Below are positions 1 through 9,611 of a DNA stretch of 32,000 nt, piece by piece. The position numbers and the translations under genes were made by a program. Position 1 is the stretch's first letter. Every line of letters starts with the position of its first letter. The notes under the pieces were generated by a model. It did not search any database, was not told the origin of the DNA, and saw only the letters and a list, made by a program, of their open reading frames with translations. Source of the stretch: an archaeon (lineage in GTDB: Archaea; Asgardarchaeota; Thorarchaeia; Thorarchaeales; Thorarchaeaceae); assembly GCA_024275415.1 (NCBI GenBank), contig JAJRZD010000091.1, positions 60,001 through 92,000 on the forward strand. The letters run 5' to 3'.

Positions 1-21
1 ATCACGAGGCATATAGGTACC

Positions 22-2802
22 ATGTGGCGGTTTCCAAACGATGTAAAGTTTCGATTTCACTGGCGTCCCTATCAAGCCCGAGTCTTGAGGGAATTAGAGG
101 CTCATATGGGCGACAAACGATTGCATGTGGTGGCAGCACCAGCATCAGGAAAGACCGTTCTTGGCCTAGAGGTCGCGAGGCGACTTGATGGACCAACACT
201 CGTGCTTGCACCAACTCTTGCCATTCGCGACCAATGGATGCAACGACTTGAGGAACTATTCCTTCCTGCTGGTAATAGCACGCCTGATTGGGTTTCATAT
301 GACCTGACGCGTCCCAGTTTCTTCACGGTTAGCACTTACCAGATGTTACATGCAGTAATGCGCTCTACGGAACACGAGAAACTACCGTCCGATGAGGTCG
401 AAACAGACACTGAGGTGGTTCTTCAGCAATCTGTAGTAGTCGATGTCGAAGAAGAGGAAGAACAGCAGATGGCTGCTGAAGAGCGCGATGAAAGAAGGGC
501 ATACTCGTGGCTTAATCTCAAGAGAACAGACCATCGGAATGCACCGCTACCAGATTTAGTTTCACTTCTTGACCAGATTGGAATAAAGACAGTCATTTTG
601 GACGAGGCACACCATCTGCGATCCAGCTGGTGGAAAAGCCTGACCAATCTAATCAATGACCTTGACGACATCCATCTTCTCGCCCTCACCGCAACCCCTC
701 CGTATGATGTGTCACCAGCCGAGTGGGATCGTTATATCGCTCTATGTGGGCCTGTCGATGCGGAGATATCGGTTCCAGAGCTAGTCAAGGTCAAGAACCT
801 GTGCCCTCACCAAGATTTGGTCGTGTTCTCAAGCCCAGTGGACTCTGAGGCTACACAGATAAACAAGTTCAGAGAAGACATAGTGCTTTTCGTTTCAGAC
901 TTGATGAAGAACGAAATCTTCATCAGATTCATTGCAAGCCATCCATGGATTCGGTTTCCTTACAGGCATTTGGACGTAGTCTTGCAGGAATCGGATGTTT
1001 ACACAAGCATGCTGGTTTTTTTAAATCGTGTTGGCGAGTTCATTCCTATCAATGCACTTTCGCTGGTGGCTGACGACATCACCGAATTACCATCATTCAA
1101 TTACGAATGGCTAGAGTTGTTGCTTACTGGCATCTTCTATCCCCGAGAAGGCAAACGTCCAAAATATGATCCTGCAATCGAGGATTTTCGCAAGCGGTTA
1201 CGGGACATCGGCGCGCTCCAGAGGCGAAAGGTCGTTCTGCGGAATCCTGACTTCATTGGGAAGCTGCTCAAGCGAAGCGTGTCCAAGATGGATAGCATTG
1301 TAGACATTGCCAATGTGGAGTTTGGTGCTTATGGTGATAGGCTCAGGATGGTCGTACTTGCAGATTACATTCGCAAAGATTACCTCCCCTCAAAGGGCAA
1401 CTCTGAACCTGAACTTGATAAGCTTGGTGTAGTCCCTATATTCGAGAGGCTTCGCAGGTCTGACATATCAAACGCCAAGTTAGCTGTGCTCACTGGTTCT
1501 GTGCTAATTATCCCCACGGAATCCGAAGTTCTGTTCAGGAACATTGCAATCGATGTTGGTATCACTGGCAATGATATCGAGCTATCATCATTGCCATATG
1601 ACACACGATACCAGCTCGTGAAAGTACTATCACAGGATCGCCATAAAATGGTACGAGTCATGACCGATCTCTTCTCTTCGGGCGGGATTAACATCCTTGT
1701 GGGTACAAAATCATTGCTTGGCGAGGGATGGGACGCTCCATCCATCAACTCACTAATCATATCAAGCATAGTCGGCTCCTTCATGTTGTCTAATCAGATG
1801 AGAGGTAGGGCTATCCGCACTGAACCAGGGAACCCTCAGAAGACCGCCAACATCTGGCATCTTGTGTGTGTCGAACCGAATAGTGCAACACCCGGAGAGG
1901 ATTATGAAACCATTGTCCGAAGGTTCAGGGCATTTGTCGGGGTTTCTCAGGCTGAATCGCTCATCGAGAATGGTTTTGGACGGCTAATGATAGGTGAACC
2001 TCCTTTCACTAAAGATGAGATATGGGAGATTAATGAGCGCATGTTCAATCGTTCCATGAAACGAAACGAGATGAGGGAATCATGGAACGACGCTCTTGGT
2101 GAGGACAAAGAGATTCGACTGATAGAGGATGTACAATTCGCGAAGGAACACTTGCCTCGCAAGGCTATCATGAAGTTCCCCCTATTTGTTCTTCTCATTG
2201 GACTTCTCCAAGTTTCTGGAATAGCACTCACCAGCTACCTTGGCACAAATTGGTTTCCACTAGCTCTCTTTTTCACGTCTATTGCAATCATTCTAGCAAT
2301 CCCGACCTTCTTTGCATTATTAAAAGTCATCAGGCATATCTCTCCCAGACATAGTCTTGGTAGTATTGCACAAGCGGTTCTTCGTGCTCTTTGTGCTACG
2401 GGCAACATTCTAACTCCTTACCCTGATTTACGAGTGGCGGTCGCTCAGGGCGTCGATGATAGTGTGTATTGTCATTTGCGGGGTGCCAACAGACGTGAGG
2501 AATCCATCTTTCTTCAAGCGCTTCAGGAGGCATTGAACCCGGTTAGTAATCCCCGTTACCTGTTGAAGAAACAGTCCCTTTTTTCGAAATACGATATCAT
2601 CTATTTTGCAGTCCCGAAAGTCCTTGGCACAAAGAAGAGGTTCGCAACCATCTTTCAGAATAGTTGGGGCAAATATGTCTTAGGAATGGATCTTATATTC
2701 ACTCGCAATAGTAATGGTCATCTCGAGTTACTTAAAGCACGAACGAAATCTATGGCACGTCTCAAGGACATTCGAGCTGAAACCGTTACCCGATGGAGAT
2801 AG
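22..2802 (+). CDS. SF2 DEAD/DEAH-box (ResIII-like) helicase with C-terminal transmembrane hairpin
   Basis: 926-aa ORF with Walker A APASGKT, motif II DEAH, motif III TAT, motif V LLGEGWD and motif VI QMRGRAIR. It has an acidic insertion in RecA1 and two hydrophobic segments (FPLFVLLIGLLQVSGIAL / WFPLALFFTSIAIILAIPTFFALL). Confidence 0.85.
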   Translation: MWRFPNDVKFRFHWRPYQARVLRELEAHMGDKRLHVVAAPASGKTVLGLEVARRLDGPTLVLAPTLAIRDQWMQRLEELFLPAGNSTPDWVSYDLTRPSFFTVSTYQMLHAVMRSTEHEKLPSDEVETDTEVVLQQSVVVDVEEEEEQQMAAEERDERRAYSWLNLKRTDHRNAPLPDLVSLLDQIGIKTVILDEAHHLRSSWWKSLTNLINDLDDIHLLALTATPPYDVSPAEWDRYIALCGPVDAEISVPELVKVKNLCPHQDLVVFSSPVDSEATQINKFREDIVLFVSDLMKNEIFIRFIASHPWIRFPYRHLDVVLQESDVYTSMLVFLNRVGEFIPINALSLVADDITELPSFNYEWLELLLTGIFYPREGKRPKYDPAIEDFRKRLRDIGALQRRKVVLRNPDFIGKLLKRSVSKMDSIVDIANVEFGAYGDRLRMVVLADYIRKDYLPSKGNSEPELDKLGVVPIFERLRRSDISNAKLAVLTGSVLIIPTESEVLFRNIAIDVGITGNDIELSSLPYDTRYQLVKVLSQDRHKMVRVMTDLFSSGGINILVGTKSLLGEGWDAPSINSLIISSIVGSFMLSNQMRGRAIRTEPGNPQKTANIWHLVCVEPNSATPGEDYETIVRRFRAFVGVSQAESLIENGFGRLMIGEPPFTKDEIWEINERMFNRSMKRNEMRESWNDALGEDKEIRLIEDVQFAKEHLPRKAIMKFPLFVLLIGLLQVSGIALTSYLGTNWFPLALFFTSIAIILAIPTFFALLKVIRHISPRHSLGSIAQAVLRALCATGNILTPYPDLRVAVAQGVDDSVYCHLRGANRREESIFLQALQEALNPVSNPRYLLKKQSLFSKYDIIYFAVPKVLGTKKRFATIFQNSWGKYVLGMDLIFTRNSNGHLELLKARTKSMARLKDIRAETVTRWR

Positions 2803-2914
2803 TTCCTCGAATCCAAGTACGTCTCTGGTCAAAAACTACACACACTTCCATCTTGCCACCAACACCGGCTCCTAGAGCATACTTAACAATGTACAGATGT
2901 GGTCATAACCTGCG

Positions 2915-2946
2915 TTTTATTAACAAGTGAACGAACAATGTTCACT
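2915..2946 (+). promoter_or_regulatory. Putative TATA box plus inverted-repeat operator upstream of the hydrogenase operon
   Basis: TTTTATTAA at 2915-2923, followed by AGTGAAC-N7-GTTCACT (2926-2946). SD-like GAGGTG at 2968-2973. Confidence 0.4.
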
Positions 2947-2981
2947 GTCCACTGGGAACTACACAGTGAGGTGCCGCGATA

Positions 2982-4010
2982 TTGAGGTATGTGAAGATCT
3001 CGAAAGAAAACACCTACAAGTTCCTTGAGCACTTGAAGGCAACGGGGGCACTATATGCCCCACAAAAGATATCCGACAGGTTCTACGACTTTTGTGCAAT
3101 ATCTGATGTGCATGATGTCGAGTTCGAATATGACCGGACAATCAGACCTCCAAGAAGATTCTTCCATCTCCCTGATGAAAAAATGTTCAATTTTGACATG
3201 ACCAGACATGAACTGACTCCTGTCAAGACACAGGCTGAACATATCATTCTTTTTGGTGTACATTCCTGTGATATTGTCGGTCTGCGAATCATGGATGCCG
3301 AGTTCCTTGACGAACAGAAGGATTCCTACTATGAAACACGCAGGAAGAAAGGAATAATCATCGGTCTTTCATGCTTACCAGATGAGTATTGCTTTTGCAA
3401 TGTCCGTCGCATCGAATTTGTCGATGCAGGTTTTGATCTCTTCTTCCACGAACTCCCTGATGGCTTTCTGGTTCGAGTCGGAACGGTCACGGGACACAAG
3501 CTTGTGGATCCGCATCCAGAGCTGTTTGAGGAGGTTTCTGCTGATGATACGAAGAACATGGAGCTGTTCGAAGAAAAGCGCTCCTCTATGTTCTCCATTT
3601 ACGGCAACTGGGACAACCTACGCTACTTTCTTGAGCTCAGGATGGATCATCCGATGTATGACCGGGAGAGTGAAATCTGTCTGGGGTGTGGGAACTGCAC
3701 ACTCACTTGTCCAACATGTCGTTGTTACGATGTGAAGGATTTGCCTGCCATAAATCAGGTCAATGGTGAGAGAGTTAGATTCTGGGACTCATGTCAGTTC
3801 CGCTCTCACGGCCTTGTGGCCGGGGATCATAACTTCCGAGCTACTAAGAAGGATCGGTTCTTCAATCGGTACCACTGCAAGAATGCCTACTGTCCCGAAA
3901 CCACGACATCTTACTGTGTAGGCTGTGGGAGATGTACCTATTTTTGTCCCGCAGAGATTAACTTCAAGCGAAATCTAATGGAGATTGCTGGTTACAGGGG
4001 GGCTGTCTAG
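2982..4010 (+). CDS. hydB: Group 3b NiFe sulfhydrogenase beta subunit (AsrA-like 4Fe-4S protein)
   Basis: Cys motifs [29 protein letters not shown] and [12 protein letters not shown]. First gene of the BGDA order. TTG start after GAGGTG. Confidence 0.93.
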   Translation: MRYVKISKENTYKFLEHLKATGALYAPQKISDRFYDFCAISDVHDVEFEYDRTIRPPRRFFHLPDEKMFNFDMTRHELTPVKTQAEHIILFGVHSCDIVGLRIMDAEFLDEQKDSYYETRRKKGIIIGLSCLPDEYCFCNVRRIEFVDAGFDLFFHELPDGFLVRVGTVTGHKLVDPHPELFEEVSADDTKNMELFEEKRSSMFSIYGNWDNLRYFLELRMDHPMYDRESEICLGCGNCTLTCPTCRCYDVKDLPAINQVNGERVRFWDSCQFRSHGLVAGDHNFRATKKDRFFNRYHCKNAYCPETTTSYCVGCGRCTYFCPAEINFKRNLMEIAGYRGAV

Positions 4011-4868
4011 TTGCTAATCACAAAGGACAATATCTATGATACACACAAATGTCGGTTACTGAGGAAGTACGAACTGACAGAGCATGAAAGCCTGTTCCTG
4101 TTTCGTTTTGAGGATCCAGAAGTAGCTCAGAATTGGAGATACCTTCCTGGTCAGTTCGTAGAGCTATCCATGCTTGGGTATGGTGAAGTACCCATTTCTA
4201 TATGCTCTTCAGCACGCAGGATGGGGTTCTTCGAATTATGCATTAGAAACGCAGGACGTGTCACGGATCGCATACACAAGCTACAACCAGGTGACATTGT
4301 TGGGATAAGAGGTCCCTACGGAAACGGTTTCCCCGTGGATCAATTCCATGGACGTGACCTGTTATGTGTGGCTGCTGGACTGGGGATGGCTCCCCTCAGA
4401 TCCGTGTTTCTCTATGCTATCGATAACCGCTGGCTCTTCGGGAACATCACGATAATCAACACTGCAAGATATGGCAAAGAGCTCCTATTCCAGAAAGAGC
4501 TTGAAGCCATGAAAGATATTGCCACAGCGGAGAATATTGCTATCATCCAAAGCACGACCCGCGACCCCGACTGGCCAGGACTCAAAGGCAGAGCGACCGA
4601 ACATATGGACAAGGCAAATGTCGATCCCAAGAATTGTGCTGTGGCAATGTGCGGTCCTCCTGCTATGTACCGTGGAATGTTCAACTATCTTGTGGATGCA
4701 GGGTACGACCCTCGGTATATCTTCGTGACCCTTGAACGACGCATGAAATGCGGTGTAGGCAAGTGTGGGCATTGTAACATTGGGACGGCAACCTCCTGGA
4801 AATACGCGTGCAAGGACGGTCCTGTGTTCGATTATTATGCCATAATCAGCATTCCGGGGTTGATATGA
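4011..4868 (+). CDS. hydG: Sulfhydrogenase gamma subunit (FAD/NAD(P)-binding, 2Fe-2S)
   Basis: GEVPISICS, RGPYGNGF, AAGLGMAPL, CGPPAM, LERRMKCGVGKCGHC...CKDGPVF. Confidence 0.95.
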   Translation: MLITKDNIYDTHKCRLLRKYELTEHESLFLFRFEDPEVAQNWRYLPGQFVELSMLGYGEVPISICSSARRMGFFELCIRNAGRVTDRIHKLQPGDIVGIRGPYGNGFPVDQFHGRDLLCVAAGLGMAPLRSVFLYAIDNRWLFGNITIINTARYGKELLFQKELEAMKDIATAENIAIIQSTTRDPDWPGLKGRATEHMDKANVDPKNCAVAMCGPPAMYRGMFNYLVDAGYDPRYIFVTLERRMKCGVGKCGHCNIGTATSWKYACKDGPVFDYYAIISIPGLI

Positions 4869-5686
4869 TGACAATCATCGAAGAATGTACAGGCGATTGC
4901 AGGCCCCGCGTGGGAGTCTATGCACTGACCTCATGCTATGGCTGTCAGCTCAAATTGGCCACTGTTCAGAAGATCATCGATATATCTAACATGGTGAGTT
5001 TTGAGAGTTTTTACATGCTCTCAAGTGCAAGTAAGATGGCCGCAGATGTGGATGTGGCTTTTGTAGAGGGATCAGTTTCGACAGAGAGGGACTTGGAGGA
5101 ACTTATGGAGATTCGAAAGCATTCTCGCATCCTCGTCGCTTTGGGAGCTTGCTCTGTCAACGGTGGAGTACAGAGCTGGGCGGAGGGCGAGATGGATCAT
5201 GATGCACTCCACAAGTGTGTATATGGAGATAGCAAGCTCACGATGCAGGGGTTACAAGCCACACCCATATCCAAGCATGTGGATGTGGACTATTATCTTC
5301 CAGGATGTCCCCCTGAGGAGGACGAAATCATGTACTTCATCTCTGCCTTTCTCATTGGCACATTTCCTGAGCCCAAGGACTATCCAGTCTGCGCCGAATG
5401 TCGGCTTGCTGGGAATCCCTGTATATTGATAGAACGTGGTGAACCTTGCCTTGGACCCGTGATTGTCGCAGGATGTAAGGCTCGGTGCATCGGATTTGAC
5501 GTTCCCTGTGTCGGATGTAGAGGTCCTGTGCCCCATGAAACCGCATGGTTTGACTCTCTCGCCCAGACCTTCCTGAGGAAAGGAATGACTGAGAAACAGA
5601 TTCGACAACGGATGAAGATTTTTGGCTCACATGACCCGAATATAGAGAGGATGCTTCACAGTATCCTCGGAGGTGAAACCGAGTGA
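4865..5686 (+). CDS. hydD: Sulfhydrogenase delta (small NiFe) subunit
   Basis: TSCYGCQ, FVEGSV, GACSVNGG, PGCPP, CAEC, CLGP, CVGCRGP. Start reassigned from 4808 to the ATGA overlap with hydG at 4865. Confidence 0.95.
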   Translation: MMTIIEECTGDCRPRVGVYALTSCYGCQLKLATVQKIIDISNMVSFESFYMLSSASKMAADVDVAFVEGSVSTERDLEELMEIRKHSRILVALGACSVNGGVQSWAEGEMDHDALHKCVYGDSKLTMQGLQATPISKHVDVDYYLPGCPPEEDEIMYFISAFLIGTFPEPKDYPVCAECRLAGNPCILIERGEPCLGPVIVAGCKARCIGFDVPCVGCRGPVPHETAWFDSLAQTFLRKGMTEKQIRQRMKIFGSHDPNIERMLHSILGGETE

Positions 5687-6996
5687 CCCGTAAGAAGATA
5701 ATACGCCCCATCAACGTAGACCATGTGGCCCGCATCGAAGGGAAAGCCGGCATAGATGTCACGATTGAGGACGGGAAAGTGACTGTCGCAGAGATGAACA
5801 TCTTCGAGGGCCCTCGGTACTTTGAAGCTATCACACGAGGAAAGTCTCTTGAGGATGCGACAGCCGTGTTCCCGAGGGTCTGTTCCTTTTGTGCTGCGGC
5901 TCACAAGATTACTGGTCTTCAGGCAGCTGAGAACGCTATAGGACTTGAGGTTTCGGATCAGACGCGGAAGATTAGAGAACTCCTGTATATCGGTGACTAC
6001 ATCGAGAGTCATTCATTACATCTGTTCCTTTTGGCACTACCAGACTTCTTAGGGTATCCAGATGCTTTCTCGATGGCTGAGGAATACCCCAAGGTGCTCG
6101 AAGCAGGTATGCGTCTGAAAGATATTGGGGCAGATATCCAGACAGTCATTGGCTCGCGCTATATACACCAGGAGAATGCCCTTTTGGGTGGCTTTGGGAA
6201 ACTCCCCTCTAAGAAGCAGTTCGCATCTCTCGGTCGTAGATTGAAATACCTCCGTAACACTGCAGAAGAAGCCCTTGAAACCCTTGTCAGCTACCGTCCA
6301 TGGCCAGAATCCGAGATGTCAAGACTCCATCTCGCACTTGAACCATACGACGGGACATACTCTGTCATGGGTAATACTGTTCACGCATCAGATGATACAC
6401 AGTTCAACGCAGCTGCATACAGGATGCGAATTGACGAGTTTGTCGTACCTCACTCATTTGCAAAGCATTGTCTTTACAACTAACAGCCATTCATGACAGG
6501 CGCGATATCACGACTCACGCTATTCAGTGGTGGGATGACTGGACGTGCCAAGGAGCTTGCTCAGTTATATACCGAGTACCTTGACCCATCCAATCCGTTG
6601 TCCAATAACTTCGCACAGGCAATTGAGATAATATACTATATCCACAAGGCCTTGGACATCTCAAATGACCTTGCGAGTGGCATGAACGAGAATGAACGGC
6701 GAATCAAACCCGAGTATGGGCATGCAGGCACCGGTGTATCGATTACAGAGGCACCGAGAGGACTTCTTGCCTATACGATAGGAGTAGACAAGAACGGGCT
6801 GGTGAAGAATGTGGACATCATCACTCCCACAGCCATGTTCCTCCCGTTGATGGAGGCTGACCTCAAGAAGACTACTGAGGGCTTCTTGGAGCATGGGATT
6901 GATGATAAAGAGATAGCACATCGTCTGGAAACGATTGTGCGTTCATACGACCCGTGTGTTTCCTGTAGTGTACATGTGACAATCGTCAGGAACTAG
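5683..6996 (+). pseudogene. hydA: Sulfhydrogenase alpha (large NiFe) subunit interrupted by one in-frame TAA at 6481-6483 (pseudogene, sequence error or readthrough: unresolved)
   Basis: The L1 motif RVCSFC lies in ORF 5683-6483 and the L2 motif DPCVSCSVH in ORF 6493-6996. Both are in the same frame, joined as HCLYN*QPFMTGAISR; the joined length is 437 codons. Confidence 0.92.
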
Positions 6997-7126
6997 GATA
7001 TATTGACAGTGGCTCATCTACGAGCCCAAATTTCTATATCCTTGGTTCTGGAATAAACGGGGAAGCTACTGCCTGTTAGGATGTGATGGCACAGAGCGAT
7101 AGCTTCTTTCGTGAACTGCTTTCAAC

Positions 7127-8071
7127 GTGACATGGGTGTTCGGACTGCAAGTTCTTGGCGACCTCGTTATCAGACTAGGCTTTTTCTACGCCTTCATCTC
7201 TTTTGGCTACCTAACTACACGAATCAGAAAGATAGGTGGCCCATTGAACAAGGGAATCACATCCCTCCTGATCAACATCATGATGCCTCTTCTGATAATT
7301 GAAACCTTACTCACTGCAAATCCGACTTCAACCTTTGACATTTTTGGAATCATCCTATTCACTTTCTTTATTCACTTCCTTGGGCTTGTCATAATGTACA
7401 CCCGACTAAGAAACGCCACACTTGCTAAGAAGGAACAAGGTGCTTACCTTTTGACTGCTACATTTAACAATGCGTTGTTTTTGCCACTTCCTATTGGTCT
7501 GATTCTCCTCGGGGAGGTTGCAGTGCCCGTCATTGCCATCTACTCGATTTCACAGATGATACTTCTGGCGACTCTTGGCACCTTTCTGGGTTCGTCTTAC
7601 AGCGAAGAAGAAGATGACAGGAATGCGATGTTGAGGAAGGCTCTGACATTCCCCCCTCTCCTATCTGTTGTCATTGTGGGCGTGCTGTTCTTCGCAGGTA
7701 TCGGCATCCCTCCAGCACTTGACTCATTCTTTGATGCAAACGCGCTGATTACGACATATCTCGCGCTCTTTGCAGTTGGTCTGAGCCTTGGCGCACAGGA
7801 TGTCATCAAGAAGAGCAAATACGTGATTGAAACGATAGCAACCCGCCAGCTTATCGTGCCTGTAGTAGTAGGATTACTCCTCTTACTTACAGACCTCTCG
7901 CCTCTTGTCCAAGATGTGATTCTCTTGCAGGCGATGATGCCAGCAGCAGTCTTTACGGTTGTTTATGCCACAGCGCTTGGTCTTGACTCCGAGAGTGTGG
8001 CGACCATAGTGACGACTGGCACCCTTGTTCTGCTTTTTGCAGTCCCCATCATGCCATTATTGTTTGGTTAG
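7127..8071 (+). CDS. AEC (auxin efflux carrier) family secondary transporter
   Basis: 314 aa with about 10 hydrophobic segments and the family-like motifs FNNALFLPLP and MMPAAVF. The start could instead be GTG 7136. Confidence 0.8.
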   Translation: MTWVFGLQVLGDLVIRLGFFYAFISFGYLTTRIRKIGGPLNKGITSLLINIMMPLLIIETLLTANPTSTFDIFGIILFTFFIHFLGLVIMYTRLRNATLAKKEQGAYLLTATFNNALFLPLPIGLILLGEVAVPVIAIYSISQMILLATLGTFLGSSYSEEEDDRNAMLRKALTFPPLLSVVIVGVLFFAGIGIPPALDSFFDANALITTYLALFAVGLSLGAQDVIKKSKYVIETIATRQLIVPVVVGLLLLLTDLSPLVQDVILLQAMMPAAVFTVVYATALGLDSESVATIVTTGTLVLLFAVPIMPLLFG

Positions 8072-8110
8072 TGGTTCGTATGTGAAACCATATATTCCGG
8101 ATTTCTGACA

Positions 8111-8443
8111 ATGGATATGGTAAGTACCTTGACAGACGAGAAGAATGCCGATCCTGAGAAGATCAAGAGATCCTTGGACGAGGCCGTGAAGAAACTTGAC
8201 CAAGAGAAGTCATCGAGCGAGAGCTGGGGTTCAGCTGTTACCAGTAACCGTGAGAGATGGGAGTCCCTCAAGGCCTCAATAAAAGAGCGTCAGCATGCCC
8301 TCAAGGAACTTGTTCGTGAGAAGAAGACTGGAACCATAGGGCAAGAGGAATTCGAAACAAAGTATCGCAAGATCCAAGACGAACTCACAGAACTTGAATT
8401 CCAAGTCTACAACATGCGGCTTGGAACCGATATCAAGATGTGA
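8111..8443 (+). CDS. Hypothetical coiled-coil protein with a SHOCT-like motif
   Basis: 110-aa charged helical ORF filling the gap. LKELVREKKTGTIGQEEFETKYRKI resembles the SHOCT pattern. Confidence 0.7.
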   Translation: MDMVSTLTDEKNADPEKIKRSLDEAVKKLDQEKSSSESWGSAVTSNRERWESLKASIKERQHALKELVREKKTGTIGQEEFETKYRKIQDELTELEFQVYNMRLGTDIKM

Positions 8444-8459
8444 ATCACCTTGTAGTGTT

Positions 8460-9518
8460 TTATTGCTCCTTTCGCACGAATTGCAATAGAAGGATGGTTT
8501 CTGTCACCACAACAATCGCCAGGAATGCTGCAATCGCAACCGGCAGATAGTCTATCAGTGAGGTCATGGTATTCTGTCCCTCATTCTCAAGAGCCGATAC
8601 GAGAGCCCCCAAGTTGTATGACATGATTGAGGTATAGTCCGAGAGCCCCGAGAAGAATATCACCCTCCACCATACGATTCTCGAATTCGTGTCTGATGCC
8701 AGCTGGACTGCAAATTCCCCTCCTTGTTGGAGCCTTGCGATGTCTGATCCAAGGATGATGTCGATACTGCCATTCGCAAGCCCAGTCTGGATTGTCAACA
8801 GGTCGGCACCGGAGATGAATACGTCTTCTCCTGCCTCAAGAACTGCTACTACTTGGATGCCAAAGACCTCGGCAACGTATGCTTCTGCTGGGAACACAAC
8901 TACTGCATGCAAATCCGAGAACCGATATTCTTCGTCCATTAGAAGAACGAGGTCTTGAAACTCTCCGATATCATCTACGAACCGTTGGAAGGACGAAGCC
9001 CAAAAGTCGCTGCGTTCTGGAACCAGTTCGTCCAGCTTGTCCCGGGTAGCATTGGCGATTGCGATTGCATTGCGCGGTAGTAGCCAGTATGAATGGATGT
9101 TCTTATTTCCGTGATCCTGATCCTGAGCAAGAGGATCGAGTTTCCCGTCAGAACCCGGCATTGGCAATAGGACTGCTCCGAACTTTTCGTAATCAACGAT
9201 GTCGATGGCTGGGGTATCGACTTGTTCGAGAAGCTGTTCTTCCCATGGGAAATGCCCTGTTAGAACGAGTAGATCTGCTGAATCTGCTGCATCTATAGAT
9301 GATTGGGGGAGCTGTGCCGCGTGAGGCTCGACACCTTCGGGGAGTAGCGTCGAAACTTGTGCGAAGTCACCACCCACACCCTCGACAATCCCTTGCAAGG
9401 GCGCTACAGAAACCGCAACAGACACCTCTGGTTCGACTTGAGCGTCTACTGTAGGGACATATACTGTCATTGACATCAGAAGAATCAGACCGAGGAGGAC
9501 GGAATTACTTCGTTTCAT
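8460..9518 (-). CDS. znuA: Zn/Mn (cluster A-I) ABC substrate-binding protein with signal peptide and C-terminal TM anchor
   Basis: VAVSVAPL, LLPEGVEPH and NIHSYWLLP motifs. Divergent from the ABC ATPase/permease pair. Confidence 0.85.
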   Translation of the reverse strand: MKRSNSVLLGLILLMSMTVYVPTVDAQVEPEVSVAVSVAPLQGIVEGVGGDFAQVSTLLPEGVEPHAAQLPQSSIDAADSADLLVLTGHFPWEEQLLEQVDTPAIDIVDYEKFGAVLLPMPGSDGKLDPLAQDQDHGNKNIHSYWLLPRNAIAIANATRDKLDELVPERSDFWASSFQRFVDDIGEFQDLVLLMDEEYRFSDLHAVVVFPAEAYVAEVFGIQVVAVLEAGEDVFISGADLLTIQTGLANGSIDIILGSDIARLQQGGEFAVQLASDTNSRIVWWRVIFFSGLSDYTSIMSYNLGALVSALENEGQNTMTSLIDYLPVAIAAFLAIVVVTETILLLQFVRKEQ

Positions 9519-9611
9519 GCTGTCACACCGACGTATAATTAAGTGTCAGGTACAGCCTAATAACAGCGTTGCTAAAGGAATTGCTCCAATCAATCGGGAG
9601 GAACCATCTCC

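Noticed and set aside
4808-4864. N-terminal extensions given by the ORF track for hydD (also ecfA2 from 20085, DHH from 18276, psmA from 11978)
   Set aside because: They overlap upstream genes or precede a better SD/ATGA-coupled start.
6481-6483. Selenocysteine or pyrrolysine recoding in hydA
   Set aside because: The codon is TAA, not TGA or TAG; it is not at a Cys ligand position; both L1 and L2 cysteines are ordinary Cys codons.
6493-6996. VhuA/VhuU-type natural split of the large subunit
   Set aside because: VhuU is a short C-terminal peptide in group 3c enzymes. Here the break is about 60% into the protein, there is no SD before ATG 6493, and the intervening codons are still conserved.
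7062-7106. Possible structured leader or riboswitch before the AEC transporter (GAAGCTA/TAGCTTC plus TGCC/GGCA)
   Set aside because: Short stems with no recognisable aptamer consensus; compatible with chance.
9546-9560. Possible DtxR box (TCAGGTACAGCCTAA) in the znuA/znuC divergent promoter
   Set aside because: Only 4 of 7 positions pair and the spacing differs by one from the 28609 palindrome; too weak without a genome-wide model.
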